From Bacteroidales bacterium (GTDB lineage Bacteria; Bacteroidota; Bacteroidia; Bacteroidales; F082): 64,000 nucleotides of DNA. The stretch covers positions 109,124 to 173,123 of the forward strand of contig JAFYHS010000012.1 of NCBI GenBank assembly GCA_017539045.1, given 5' to 3'. The position numbers were made by a program, and so were the translations under genes. Below the pieces are notes generated by a model, which was given only the letters and a program-made list of their open reading frames with translations, searched no databases and had not been told where the DNA came from. Each line of letters starts with the position of its first letter. Position 1 is the first letter of the stretch. Below, in pieces: positions 17,748-26,892 of the stretch.

Positions 17748-19265
17748 ATGAAAGAAGTCAGAGTAAGATTTGCCCCCAGCCCGACGGGTCCTTTGCACAT
17801 CGGGGGCGTGCGTACCGCATTATATAACTACCTGTTTGCCAAGAAGAACGGTGGCAAGATGATCCTCCGTATTGAGGACACCGACCAAACCCGTTTCGTG
17901 CCTGGTGCCGAGCAATACATCGTCGAGTCGCTCGACTGGTGCGGCATCAAGTTCGACGAGAGCGACTATGTCGGCGGTGCGTTTGGTCCTTACAAACAGA
18001 GCAACCGCAAACACCTCTACAAACAATACAGCGACGAGTTGCTGGCCAAAGGCTGCGCCTACATCGCCTTCGACACCGCTGAGGAGCTTGACAAATACCG
18101 TAAGGAGGCCGAAGCCAACAAGCAGACATTCATCTATAACTGCCAAAGCCGCAAGCACTTGCGTAACAGCTTGACGATGAGCAAGGAAGAGGTCGACAGA
18201 CTGATGGCCGACGGCACACCTTACACGGTGCGTTTCATGATCCCTGAGGACCGTGAGATCGTCATGCACGACCTCATCCGTGGCGAGGTGCGTGTGCAAA
18301 CCAACACCCTCGACGACAAGGTTTTGTTCAAGAGCGACGGCATGCCCACCTATCACTTGGCTAACATCGTCGACGACCACCTGATGCAGATCAGCCACGT
18401 CATCCGTGGCGAGGAATGGCTGCCTTCGATGCCGCTCCACGTCATGCTCTACGAGGCCTTCGGTTGGGAGGCACCCCAGTTTGCCCACCTGCCCCTGCTG
18501 CTCAAACCCGACGGCAACGGCAAGCTCAGCAAACGCGACGGCGACCGCCTTGGCTTCCCCGTCTTCCCGATGTATTGGGTCGACCCCAAGACGGGTGACA
18601 CCGCCATGGGTTACAAGCAGTCGGGCTATTATCCTGAGGCTTTCATTAATATGCTGGCTTTGTTGGGTTGGAACCCCGGCACCGAGCAGGAGATCTTCAC
18701 CATGGACGAACTCATCCAGGCTTTCTCGCTCGAGCGTTGCAGCAAGAGCGGTGCCAAGTTCAATGTGGAGAAGACCAAGTGGTTCAACCACGAATGGCTT
18801 ATGCGTAAGTCGAACGAAGAGGTCGGCAAGGACTACCAAGCTTGGCTCAAGGCCGAGAAGAACCTCGACGTGCCGCTCGACTTCGCCGTGAAGGTGGCTG
18901 GCCTGGTGAAAGACCGCGTCAACTTTGTGAAGGAGATTTGGGATCAGAGTTTCTTCTTCTTTGAGGCGCCGACGGAATACGACCCCGTCACGGTGAAGAA
19001 ACGCTGGAAGGAGAACTCGGCTGAGACCATGCTCAAGGTGAAGGAAGTCATCAAAGGCATCGAGCCGTTCAGCTTGGCCAACATCGACGAGACCTTGAAC
19101 AACTGGATCACCTCCAATGAATTGAATATGGGCCTCGTGATGAACGGCCTTCGTCTGATGGTGGTGGGTGCCGGCAAGGGCCCGCACATCGGCGAGATTC
19201 TGGAGCTTCTTGGAAAAGAAGAGACGCTGAAACGCATCGACGCCGGCGTCAAGGTCTTAGGGTAA
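17748..19265 (+). CDS. gltX: Glutamate--tRNA ligase
   Basis: [27 protein letters not shown] (HIGH motif) and a KLSKRDG (KMSKS-like) motif; 505 aa. Confidence 0.95.
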   Translation: MKEVRVRFAPSPTGPLHIGGVRTALYNYLFAKKNGGKMILRIEDTDQTRFVPGAEQYIVESLDWCGIKFDESDYVGGAFGPYKQSNRKHLYKQYSDELLAKGCAYIAFDTAEELDKYRKEAEANKQTFIYNCQSRKHLRNSLTMSKEEVDRLMADGTPYTVRFMIPEDREIVMHDLIRGEVRVQTNTLDDKVLFKSDGMPTYHLANIVDDHLMQISHVIRGEEWLPSMPLHVMLYEAFGWEAPQFAHLPLLLKPDGNGKLSKRDGDRLGFPVFPMYWVDPKTGDTAMGYKQSGYYPEAFINMLALLGWNPGTEQEIFTMDELIQAFSLERCSKSGAKFNVEKTKWFNHEWLMRKSNEEVGKDYQAWLKAEKNLDVPLDFAVKVAGLVKDRVNFVKEIWDQSFFFFEAPTEYDPVTVKKRWKENSAETMLKVKEVIKGIEPFSLANIDETLNNWITSNELNMGLVMNGLRLMVVGAGKGPHIGEILELLGKEETLKRIDAGVKVLG

Positions 19266-20477
19266 GACGATGAATGAATGCGTGGTGATGCCTTTGGGTG
19301 TCACCACGTTCATTATATACAAGCCTGAGGTATAGGAGCTTGTATTCAGCATGGCTTTGTTTTCGTTAGGTAAAGGCAGTACTTCAACCGCCTGGCCAAG
19401 AAGATTGTAGATTCGGATTTGCTGCATGGGCGTTTCCGAAACAATTTGAAGTTGGTCTTTGGCGGGATTGGGATAAAGCGCTATCGTAATGCTTTCATTC
19501 TCAACCACGTCATGGTTTTGTAGGCCAGCCAAGGTCGCTACCAAACCCAAGTTGAGTTCGGTAAAGCGTTTGGACTGCTCCAAGTTGTTGACACTCAACC
19601 CTAACACATCCTGTCTTGAATGGATATACGGTGAGCTGGCACGGACGTCCTCGAAGGGATGGACGGCGGGGTAGCCGTTTCGGTTGAACGAGGAATAGTC
19701 GCTGTCGCCCCAAGCGAGCCAGTCCTGATGGATGGGCATGTCGGGAAAATAGGTATGGCTGAAGCCGTAAACATAATCGGCGATGGTCGAGTCCTGTGTG
19801 GTGTACATAAGGTGGACATGGATGTCGGAGCCTTCCTGTAGGTAGCCCGTCATATCGAGGTTGAAATACCCGACGATATCCATGCCTTGTTCGGCCATGT
19901 CGCGCGCATAGGCGGCGCTGCCCACGAGGCCGATCTCCTCGGCGCACCAGTTGGCATAGATGATACTCCTATCGAAAGTATGATTACTTAATAATCTGGC
20001 AGTTTCAAGGATGCCTGCCACCCCCGAGGCATTATCGTCGGCCCCCGGTGAACGTATGGTGTCAGGGTCCTCGCCGTCGTCGTTCCATGAGTCGTAATGG
20101 GCACCGCAGACGACAAACTCTTGAGGCGTTTTAGCACCCCATTGCACGGCGATGATGTTGTCAGCTGTTTCGATAGTGGAGTCGGGTACGGGGAAGTCGT
20201 GGAGCATCACTGTGTCGACGCCGAAAGCTTGGTAACGGCTTACAAGCCAGTCTTGTACCTCCCAGATATAACGGCTGTCATAACGTCGGTTATGGTAGGA
20301 ACAGAGGTGCTCGATATAGGCTTTGATGCTGTCGACCGCGACCGAGTCCATCAGTGCCCTGATCTGTGGGTTCTCCGAAGCCACCACAGGATAGGTATGC
20401 TCATAGATATGCGGCGCCTGAGCCCTTACCCCCAGACATCCTACCACCATCAACACTATAATCACCAACCTCTTCAT
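19257..20477 (-). CDS. M28-family aminopeptidase with a T9SS C-terminal sorting domain
   Basis: Metal-ligand context (GAHYDSW...[15 protein letters not shown]...[11 protein letters not shown]). C-terminal CTD ([17 protein letters not shown]...[23 protein letters not shown]). I prefer the ATG at 20477 ([21 protein letters not shown]) over the TTG at 20489. Confidence 0.8.
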   Translation of the reverse strand: MKRLVIIVLMVVGCLGVRAQAPHIYEHTYPVVASENPQIRALMDSVAVDSIKAYIEHLCSYHNRRYDSRYIWEVQDWLVSRYQAFGVDTVMLHDFPVPDSTIETADNIIAVQWGAKTPQEFVVCGAHYDSWNDDGEDPDTIRSPGADDNASGVAGILETARLLSNHTFDRSIIYANWCAEEIGLVGSAAYARDMAEQGMDIVGYFNLDMTGYLQEGSDIHVHLMYTTQDSTIADYVYGFSHTYFPDMPIHQDWLAWGDSDYSSFNRNGYPAVHPFEDVRASSPYIHSRQDVLGLSVNNLEQSKRFTELNLGLVATLAGLQNHDVVENESITIALYPNPAKDQLQIVSETPMQQIRIYNLLGQAVEVLPLPNENKAMLNTSSYTSGLYIMNVVTPKGITTHSFIVLP

Positions 20478-20495
20478 TACTCTAAACAATAAACT

Positions 20496-21194
20496 CTAAA
20501 CTAACCCTTTGACATGCGGTTTCCCCGCAATGAAATCTTTCAGATAAAACGGCTCAAAATACGCCACATCCACAAACTGTTGCTTCTGCAAGGCCTGCTC
20601 TGCCAAGACACGCATATAAGCCGCCGAAGGTTTAAAACCTTTGATTATGTTTATATTTTTCTGATTCTCAAATAATTCACTCAACTTGGGTGCGCCATCG
20701 CCAAAGAGCCAAAGACGGTGGTCTTTTCTCAAGTCTTCAAACGAGTTTTCGTCGATGACCATGGCAGACGTGTCGTTGACTTTGTTCAAATTGGCATCGA
20801 ACACGGCGGCATAAACCTCCATCCTTCGAGCGTCGATCATGGGGATGAGCAGATCGGTGGGTTCGATTTGTCCGCCCAGTTTCTCCTTCATGCCATATGC
20901 CATGGCTTCCAAGGTGTCGATGGCCATTAGCGGGAGGTCGGCGGCATAGCATACACCCTTGGCTGTACTCACCCCGATGCGCAGACCTGTATAAGACCCA
21001 GGACCTTGGCTCACGGCCACGGCATCCAGCTTGGAATAGTCAATGCCAACCTCTTCCATCACCGCTTTGATGAAGTTGGTAATCTTTTCAGAATGAGCAT
21101 TTTGTCCTTCGGTCTCGCGCATCGCCAACGTACAACAAGCCGAGTTGAGTGCGACCGAACAAATCGGGGTCGCCGTTTCCAAACAAAGTATCAT
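20496..21194 (-). CDS. tsaB: tRNA threonylcarbamoyladenosine biosynthesis protein TsaB
   Basis: MILCLETATPICSVAL...VAVSQGPGSYTGLRIGVSTAKG is the TsaB/YeaZ signature; 232 aa. Confidence 0.85.
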   Translation of the reverse strand: MILCLETATPICSVALNSACCTLAMRETEGQNAHSEKITNFIKAVMEEVGIDYSKLDAVAVSQGPGSYTGLRIGVSTAKGVCYAADLPLMAIDTLEAMAYGMKEKLGGQIEPTDLLIPMIDARRMEVYAAVFDANLNKVNDTSAMVIDENSFEDLRKDHRLWLFGDGAPKLSELFENQKNINIIKGFKPSAAYMRVLAEQALQKQQFVDVAYFEPFYLKDFIAGKPHVKGLV

Positions 21195-21214
21195 TTGCTT
21201 ACGTTTTTATGAGG

Positions 21215-21222
21215 CAAAAATA
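21215..21222 (-). promoter_or_regulatory. Candidate -7 box (TATTTTTG) for the tsaB-M28 operon
   Basis: caaaaata on the plus strand, 21 nt upstream of the tsaB ATG. Confidence 0.4.
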
Positions 21223-21293
21223 GGCAAAAATCACGTTAAAACCACCCCTTGTTTATTTTATTAATAAAATAGTTGTGAAACCTAAGAAATTCT

Positions 21294-21301
21294 TATATTT
21301 G
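21294..21301 (+). promoter_or_regulatory. Candidate -7 box (TATATTTG) for the methyltransferase-galE operon
   Basis: Matches TAnnTTTG, followed by CA, in an AT-rich divergent intergenic region. Confidence 0.45.
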
Positions 21302-21367
21302 CAAGATTAATATGCCTTATTAGGCAATTTTGTATATGGTTGAATTAGAGTTCGTTAAGTAATCTTG

Positions 21368-23104
21368 ATGGGACTTAGGAGGCGGAGCTGTATCATGACG
21401 GAAACAAGCATTTTCATATCAAAGGCGACAAAAAGAAACTGGGACAAGCTGAAAAACAATGGTGATGACCGCCTGACGCGTAGGGCCAATAAGAGTCGTT
21501 CGCAGAAGGTCATCGTCCCCGACAGCTATGTCATAGCGGGCAGTCTGCCCCGTTTCGTGGAGGAACTGAGGCAACAGTGTCATCCCATCAACGACCTGAT
21601 TTTTAGCCTTTGTGCGATGAAGATTGAGCACAACAAGGTGAACGAGGCCAACGCCAAGCGTTTCTTTGAGGAGTATACCCATTATCAGCGTCTCGACCTT
21701 GAGGTGCCGCGACAGATCCTGAAGAACCGTTTCGACGACTGGATCGGCTTCGTGTATCAGTCGCTGACCGCCGAAGGTCGCCGTATCATGACGGGCTTGT
21801 ATTACACCAGCCCGACCATCGTCGACGAGATGCTGTCGGATGTGGAAGTGGTGGAGAACCAACGCTTCCTCGACCCCTGCTGCGGCAGCGGCATCTTCCT
21901 GATGAAGGCCAACGGCGCTCGCCCCGAACAGCTCTATGGCATCGACAACGACCCTCTCGCCGTGATGATCGCCAAAGCCAACCTCCTGGTGAAATTCAAT
22001 GATTCGGAGGTCTATCCCCAAATTTATCAGCTGGACTTCTTGTTGCATGCCGCTTCGGCTTTGGCAGGTTTGAAGTTCGATTACATCGTCACCAATCCGC
22101 CGTGGGGTAGTGAGAAACAAAGACATCATTCCTCGGAGATCATCTCCTCGAACGAACAGTCGACCTTGTTCTTCACTGAGTCATTCAAATTCCTGAACGC
22201 CAACGGGATATTGCATTTCTTGCTTCCCACCTCAGTGCTGAAGATCAAGGTTCATGCCGACTTCCGCCGTTTTGTCGGTCAGTCCACGAGCCTCGACACC
22301 ATCAAATGCTACCATGAGCGTTTCAAGGGTGTTTTCACCGATTTCATCAGCATGAAAGTCAGGAATAAAGCGGTGGAAGGAAGTCAGACCTATCTGGTGA
22401 AGACGGCCCACAACGAAGTCTACCGAAAGACATGGCAGGTGCAAGACGATGGCTTCTGCGCCATCCCCATGCTCGACGACCGCATCGAAGCCATCCTCAA
22501 CAAGGCGGAATGCCTGCGCCACGACGACCTCTCGCACAGCCAATGGGCGCTTGGCATCATCACAGGCAACAACGCCAAGGTGTTGAAGACTCGTCCGCGC
22601 AAAGGTTTGGAGCCCATCTATACGGGCAAGGACATCATCAAATATGGCTTGAAGAGAGCTAACCGTTATATCAAGTATAATCGCGTCGATTTCCAGCAGT
22701 GCGCCAAGGACGAGTTCTATCGCGCTAAGGAGAAACTGGTGTATAAGTTCGTGTCGAGTCGCCTCTGTTTCACCTACGACGACAAGCAGCGCCTCTTCCT
22801 CAACAGTGCCAACATCCTCATCCCCGAGGTAGACGGCATGAGTACCAAGACCGTGTTGGCGTTCCTGAACTCGGCGTTGTTTAACTTCTTGTATGCCAAA
22901 CGGTTTAATGATATCAAGATCCTCAAGGGCAACCTCTCGTCTTTGCCTTTCCCGAAGATCAGCGCTGAGCAAGACCAACAACTCTCAGCCTTAGTCGACC
23001 GTGCCTTGAAGGGCGATGTAGAAGCACAAGATGAGATGGATAGTTTGATTTATGATCTGTATCAGTTTGATGCAGAAGAAATAGCTTTAGTAAACTCGAT
23101 ATGA
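21368..23104 (+). CDS. N6-adenine DNA methyltransferase (gamma class) with a TaqI-like C-terminal target-recognition domain
   Basis: Motif I FLDPCCGSGIFL and motif IV IVTNPPWGS in gamma-class order, followed by a long C-terminal TRD. The start is ambiguous among TTG 21365, ATG 21368 and ATG 21395. The stop overlaps the galE start (ATGA at 23101-23104). Confidence 0.8.
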   Translation: MGLRRRSCIMTETSIFISKATKRNWDKLKNNGDDRLTRRANKSRSQKVIVPDSYVIAGSLPRFVEELRQQCHPINDLIFSLCAMKIEHNKVNEANAKRFFEEYTHYQRLDLEVPRQILKNRFDDWIGFVYQSLTAEGRRIMTGLYYTSPTIVDEMLSDVEVVENQRFLDPCCGSGIFLMKANGARPEQLYGIDNDPLAVMIAKANLLVKFNDSEVYPQIYQLDFLLHAASALAGLKFDYIVTNPPWGSEKQRHHSSEIISSNEQSTLFFTESFKFLNANGILHFLLPTSVLKIKVHADFRRFVGQSTSLDTIKCYHERFKGVFTDFISMKVRNKAVEGSQTYLVKTAHNEVYRKTWQVQDDGFCAIPMLDDRIEAILNKAECLRHDDLSHSQWALGIITGNNAKVLKTRPRKGLEPIYTGKDIIKYGLKRANRYIKYNRVDFQQCAKDEFYRAKEKLVYKFVSSRLCFTYDDKQRLFLNSANILIPEVDGMSTKTVLAFLNSALFNFLYAKRFNDIKILKGNLSSLPFPKISAEQDQQLSALVDRALKGDVEAQDEMDSLIYDLYQFDAEEIALVNSI

Positions 23105-24111
23105 AGATATTAGTCACAGGCGGTGCCGGTTTCATCGGCTCCCATACTTTGGTTGAACTCAACGCTGCAGGTCACGACACCGTAGTAGTCGATAACCTCA
23201 GTAACAGCAACCGCAAGTCGCTCGAGCGTGTGGCGGAACTGACAGGGAAAGAAATTCCCTTCTATGAAGTTGACATCCGCGACCGCAAAGGCCTCAACCG
23301 CGTGATGGAAGCCCATCACTTTGATGCTTGCATCCACTTCGCCGGACTGAAAGCTGTGGGCGAGAGCGTAGAGAAGCCGTGGGAATACTACGAAAACAAC
23401 ATCGGCGGCACGCTGACGCTCCTCGACGTGATGCGCCATCACGGCTGCAAGAACATCATCTTCTCTTCGTCGGCCACGGTCTACGGCGACCCAGCCATCA
23501 TCCCGATCACGGAGGAATGCCCTAAAGGACATTGCACCAATCCGTATGGCCAGACCAAGAGCATGCTCGAGGAGATTATGATGGACATGCAGAAGGCCGA
23601 CAAGGAATGGAACATCGTGCTGCTGCGCTATTTCAACCCCATCGGCGCCCACCCGAGCGGTAGGATAGGGGAGAACCCCAACGGCATCCCGAACAACTTG
23701 ATGCCTTATATAACACAAGTTGCTATTGGTAAGCGCAAGGAGTTAGGGGTTTTTGGTAACGATTACCCTACACCAGACGGTACCGGAGTTCGTGATTACA
23801 TCCACGTGTGTGACCTAGCAGCAGCACACGTTTGTGCGCTTAAGGCTATCATTCGTCAGAGTGGCATAGGAATTTATAATATTGGCACTGGTCATGGATA
23901 TAGTGTATTGGATATGGTTAAGGCGTTTATCCGCGTGAACGGAGTGGACGTTCCTTATAGCATTAAGCCACGTAGGGCTGGTGATATTGCTACTTGCTAT
24001 TGTAATCCTGCTAAAGCAAAAGCCGAACTCGGTTGGGAAGCTATATACGGTTTAGAGGAGATGGTTCGTGATAGCTGGAACTGGCAGAAAAACAACCCCA
24101 ATGGTTATTAA
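23101..24111 (+). CDS. galE: UDP-glucose 4-epimerase
   Basis: MKILVTGGAGFIGSHT...SSSATVYG...PYGQTKSM (YxxxK)...LRYFNPIGAHPSGRIGE; 336 aa. Confidence 0.95.
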   Translation: MKILVTGGAGFIGSHTLVELNAAGHDTVVVDNLSNSNRKSLERVAELTGKEIPFYEVDIRDRKGLNRVMEAHHFDACIHFAGLKAVGESVEKPWEYYENNIGGTLTLLDVMRHHGCKNIIFSSSATVYGDPAIIPITEECPKGHCTNPYGQTKSMLEEIMMDMQKADKEWNIVLLRYFNPIGAHPSGRIGENPNGIPNNLMPYITQVAIGKRKELGVFGNDYPTPDGTGVRDYIHVCDLAAAHVCALKAIIRQSGIGIYNIGTGHGYSVLDMVKAFIRVNGVDVPYSIKPRRAGDIATCYCNPAKAKAELGWEAIYGLEEMVRDSWNWQKNNPNGY

Positions 24112-24135
24112 TGTAAAGAGCCTATTCGACACAAT

Positions 24136-24177
24136 CATTCTCAAAGGAGTCATTGCGGACTCCGATCCGCAATCTCC
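24136..24177 (+). repeat. Hairpin repeat family A, copy A1
   Basis: cattctcaaaggagtcattgcggactccgatccgcaatctcc; internal stem attgcgga/tccgcaat. Lies 27 nt upstream of GIY-YIG gene 1. Confidence 0.85.
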
Positions 24178-24204
24178 TGAGCAACACGACACAACCCAAT
24201 AAAC

Positions 24205-24597
24205 ATGTCACATCAAGGCTTTGTTTACATACTAACAAACAAGTACAACACAACGTTGTATATTGGTGTGACTAATGATTTAAAACGTAGAATTGCCGAA
24301 CATAAACTCCATATTAATAGTGGGTTTAGTGACAAATACAACGTTGAAAAGCTTGTATATTACGAAACCCACGAACAAATGTATGATGCTATTTCGCGAG
24401 AGAAGCAACTGAAAAATTGGCATAGAAAGTGGAAAGAGGATTTAATAAAGGAAAACAATCCTGAGTGGAATGATTTAGCTGAAAGCATCGGTTTGGATGA
24501 AGAGTATGTGCAATCAGTAAAAGAGCATTATGAGGACATGAGTACTGCTGAAGCGTCGTCCAAAAGTGTAGGAGATTGCGGATCAAGTCCGCAATGA
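24205..24597 (+). CDS. GIY-YIG nuclease family protein (small URI-domain protein, COG2827-like) with an extended C-terminal tail
   Basis: GFVYILTNKYNTTLYIGVTNDLKRRIAEH...KLVYYETHEQMYDAISREKQLKNW covers the GIY...YIG, R and E motifs. The last 9 codons and the stop are supplied by an inverted copy of hairpin repeat family A. Confidence 0.85.
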   Translation: MSHQGFVYILTNKYNTTLYIGVTNDLKRRIAEHKLHINSGFSDKYNVEKLVYYETHEQMYDAISREKQLKNWHRKWKEDLIKENNPEWNDLAESIGLDEEYVQSVKEHYEDMSTAEASSKSVGDCGSSPQ

Positions 24598-24598
24598 C
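24571..24598 (-). repeat. Hairpin repeat family A, copy A3 (inverted)
   Basis: ggagattgcggatcaagtccgcaatgac is the reverse complement of the A1 core except in the loop. Overlaps the last codons and stop of GIY-YIG gene 1. Confidence 0.85.
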
Positions 24599-24673
24599 GT
24601 TTCACGGCGAAGTATATTCAAAATGCGCGGTTATTGTTATTACAGTTAGAAAAACCTACTTAAACAAATCATT

Positions 24674-24715
24674 CATTCTCAAAGGAGTCATTGCGGACTC
24701 CAATCCGCAATCTCC
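24674..24715 (+). repeat. Hairpin repeat family A, copy A2
   Basis: Identical to A1 over 42 nt except for one loop base (g to a). Lies 30 nt upstream of rfbA. Confidence 0.85.
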
Positions 24716-24745
24716 ATTTTTGTATAGACAATAAACACAATCAAT

Positions 24746-25672
24746 ATGAAAGGTATTGTATTAGCAGGCGGTTCTGGAACCCGTCTTTACCCCATCACCA
24801 AAGGCGTCAGCAAACAGCTGCTCCCCATCTACGACAAGCCGATGGTCTATTACCCCATCTCGGCCCTGATGCTCGCAGGCATCCGCGACATCCTCATCAT
24901 CAGCACCCCGTATGACTTGCCGGGCTTCCAGCGTTTGCTGGGCGACGGCTCCGACTACGGCGTCCACTTCGAGTATGCCGAACAGCCCTCACCCGATGGA
25001 CTGGCCCAGGCCTTCATCATCGGCGAGAAGTTCATCGGCGACGACTGCGCTTGTCTCGTGTTGGGCGACAACATCTTCTACGGCAGCGGCTTCACCAGCC
25101 TGCTTCGTAATGCTGTCAGAGACGCCGAGGAGAATAAGAAAGCCACCGTGTTTGGCTATTGGGTCAGCGACCCCGAGCGTTACGGCGTGGCCGAGTTCGA
25201 CCGCCAAGGCAACTGCCTCAGCATCGAGGAGAAGCCCAAGGAACCCAAGAGCAACTATGCCGTGGTGGGACTCTACTTCTATCCCAACAAGGTCGTCAAC
25301 GTGGCTAAGAACATCAAACCCTCGGCACGCGGAGAGTTGGAGATCACCACGGTGAACCAACGCTTCCTTGAAGACGGCGAGCTGAAGGTGCAGGTGTTTG
25401 GCCGTGGCTTCGCCTGGCTCGACACCGGAACACACGACAGCCTCTCGGAGGCCTCCACCTTCGTGGAAGTCATTGAGAAACGCCAAGGCCTGAAGATAGC
25501 TTGTCTCGAAGGCATCGCCTACCGCAACGGCTGGATCACTGAAGAGAAGATGCGTGAACTGGCCAAGCCCATGCTGAAGAACCAATACGGACAGTACCTT
25601 TTGAAGGTCATCGATGAATACAAGTCGGAGATCACTTCCGATACCTTGACGCATCCGCATAGAAACGAATAA
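24746..25672 (+). CDS. rfbA: Glucose-1-phosphate thymidylyltransferase
   Basis: [37 protein letters not shown]...[14 protein letters not shown]; a strong RmlA signature. Confidence 0.95.
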   Translation: MKGIVLAGGSGTRLYPITKGVSKQLLPIYDKPMVYYPISALMLAGIRDILIISTPYDLPGFQRLLGDGSDYGVHFEYAEQPSPDGLAQAFIIGEKFIGDDCACLVLGDNIFYGSGFTSLLRNAVRDAEENKKATVFGYWVSDPERYGVAEFDRQGNCLSIEEKPKEPKSNYAVVGLYFYPNKVVNVAKNIKPSARGELEITTVNQRFLEDGELKVQVFGRGFAWLDTGTHDSLSEASTFVEVIEKRQGLKIACLEGIAYRNGWITEEKMRELAKPMLKNQYGQYLLKVIDEYKSEITSDTLTHPHRNE

Positions 25673-25683
25673 TAGCTTGAACC

Positions 25684-26892
25684 ATGAAAAGAACCATCAT
25701 CATCACTGGAGGCGCTGGCTTCATCGGCAATCACGTCGTTCGCCTCTTCGTCAACAAATATCCTGAATACAAGATCATCAACCTCGACAAGTTGACCTAC
25801 GCAGGCAACCTCGCCAACCTGAAGGACATCGAAGACAAGCCGAACTACCGCTTTGTCAAGATGGACATCTGCGACTTCGAGGGTGTCTACAAGTTGATGC
25901 AGGACGAACACGTCGACGGCATCATCCACCTCGCCGCCGAGAGCCATGTGGACCGCTCCATCAAAGACCCGTTCACCTTTGCGCAGACCAATGTGATGGG
26001 CACGCTGAGCCTGCTGCAGGCTGCCAAACTCTATTGGGAAGCCCAACCAGAGCCTTGGAAAGTTAAGGTCCCTGAGCCCGTCGAAGGGCCGACCATAAAA
26101 GACGGTGCTTCGACAGGCTCAGCAACCTGCGTTCCTTGCCGCTTCTACCACATCAGCACCGATGAGGTCTATGGTGCCTTGGAGCTGACCGACCCCGAAG
26201 GCATCATGCCTCCTTTCAGCACCAAGGCCAGCAGCGGACAGCACCACTTGGCCTATGGCAGCAAGTTCTTCACCGAAGACCTGAAATACCAACCCCATAG
26301 TCCCTATAGTGCCGCCAAGGCAAGCAGCGACCACTTTGTGCGCGCCTTCCACGACACCTACGGCATGCCCACGGTGGTGACCAACTGCTCCAACAACTAC
26401 GGCCCATACCAGTTCCCCGAGAAGCTGATCCCGCTGTTCATCAATAACATCCGTCACCGCAAGCCGCTGCCTGTCTACGGCAAAGGTGAGAACGTGCGCG
26501 ACTGGCTCTATGTGGAAGACCACGCCCGCGCCATCGACCTCATCTTCCATGAAGGCAAGGTGGCCGAGACCTACAACATCGGCGGCTTCAATGAGTGGAA
26601 GAACATCGACCTCATCAAGGTGTTGATCAATACCGTTGACCGCCTGCTGGGTCGTCCCGAAGGAGCCGATATGGACCTCATCACCTATGTCACCGACCGT
26701 GCCGGACATGATATGCGCTATGCCATCGACTCGACCAAACTCCAGAAAGAACTGGGTTGGGAGCCCAGCCTGCAGTTTGAGGAGGGCATTGAGAAGACCG
26801 TCCGTTGGTATCTCGATAACCAGGAATGGATGGACAACGTGACAAGTGGTGACTATCAGAAGTACTACGACGACATGTACAAAAACAGATAA
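25684..26892 (+). CDS. rfbB: dTDP-glucose 4,6-dehydratase carrying a ~20-aa in-frame repeat-derived insertion
   Basis: IIITGGAGFIGNH...HISTDEVYG...SPYSAAKASSDHFVRAF...VTNCSNNYGPYQFPEKLIP. At 402 aa it is longer than the RmlB sequences I recall. The extra segment KVPEPVEGPTIKDGASTGSAT coincides with hairpin element B1. Confidence 0.95.
   Translation: MKRTIIITGGAGFIGNHVVRLFVNKYPEYKIINLDKLTYAGNLANLKDIEDKPNYRFVKMDICDFEGVYKLMQDEHVDGIIHLAAESHVDRSIKDPFTFAQTNVMGTLSLLQAAKLYWEAQPEPWKVKVPEPVEGPTIKDGASTGSATCVPCRFYHISTDEVYGALELTDPEGIMPPFSTKASSGQHHLAYGSKFFTEDLKYQPHSPYSAAKASSDHFVRAFHDTYGMPTVVTNCSNNYGPYQFPEKLIPLFINNIRHRKPLPVYGKGENVRDWLYVEDHARAIDLIFHEGKVAETYNIGGFNEWKNIDLIKVLINTVDRLLGRPEGADMDLITYVTDRAGHDMRYAIDSTKLQKELGWEPSLQFEEGIEKTVRWYLDNQEWMDNVTSGDYQKYYDDMYKNR
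26067..26127 (+). repeat. Palindromic repeat family B, copy B1 (inside rfbB)
   Basis: ggtccctgagcccgtcgaagggccgacc-ataaaa-gacggtgcttcgacaggctcagcaacc, with imperfectly complementary arms. Confidence 0.8.

Noticed and set aside
19257-19265. A 9-nt overlap between the convergent 3' ends of gltX and the M28 peptidase gene, considered as a possible annotation error.
   Set aside because: Both ORFs have intact family-typical C-termini (the gltX tail and the T9SS CTD ending ...HSFIVLP). Short convergent overlaps are common, so nothing further is inferred.
24691-24915. A 74-aa ORF ([15 protein letters not shown]...) starting inside repeat A2 and overlapping rfbA.
   Set aside because: It is a read-through of the hairpin repeat into an alternative frame of rfbA, which has an unambiguous RmlA signature.
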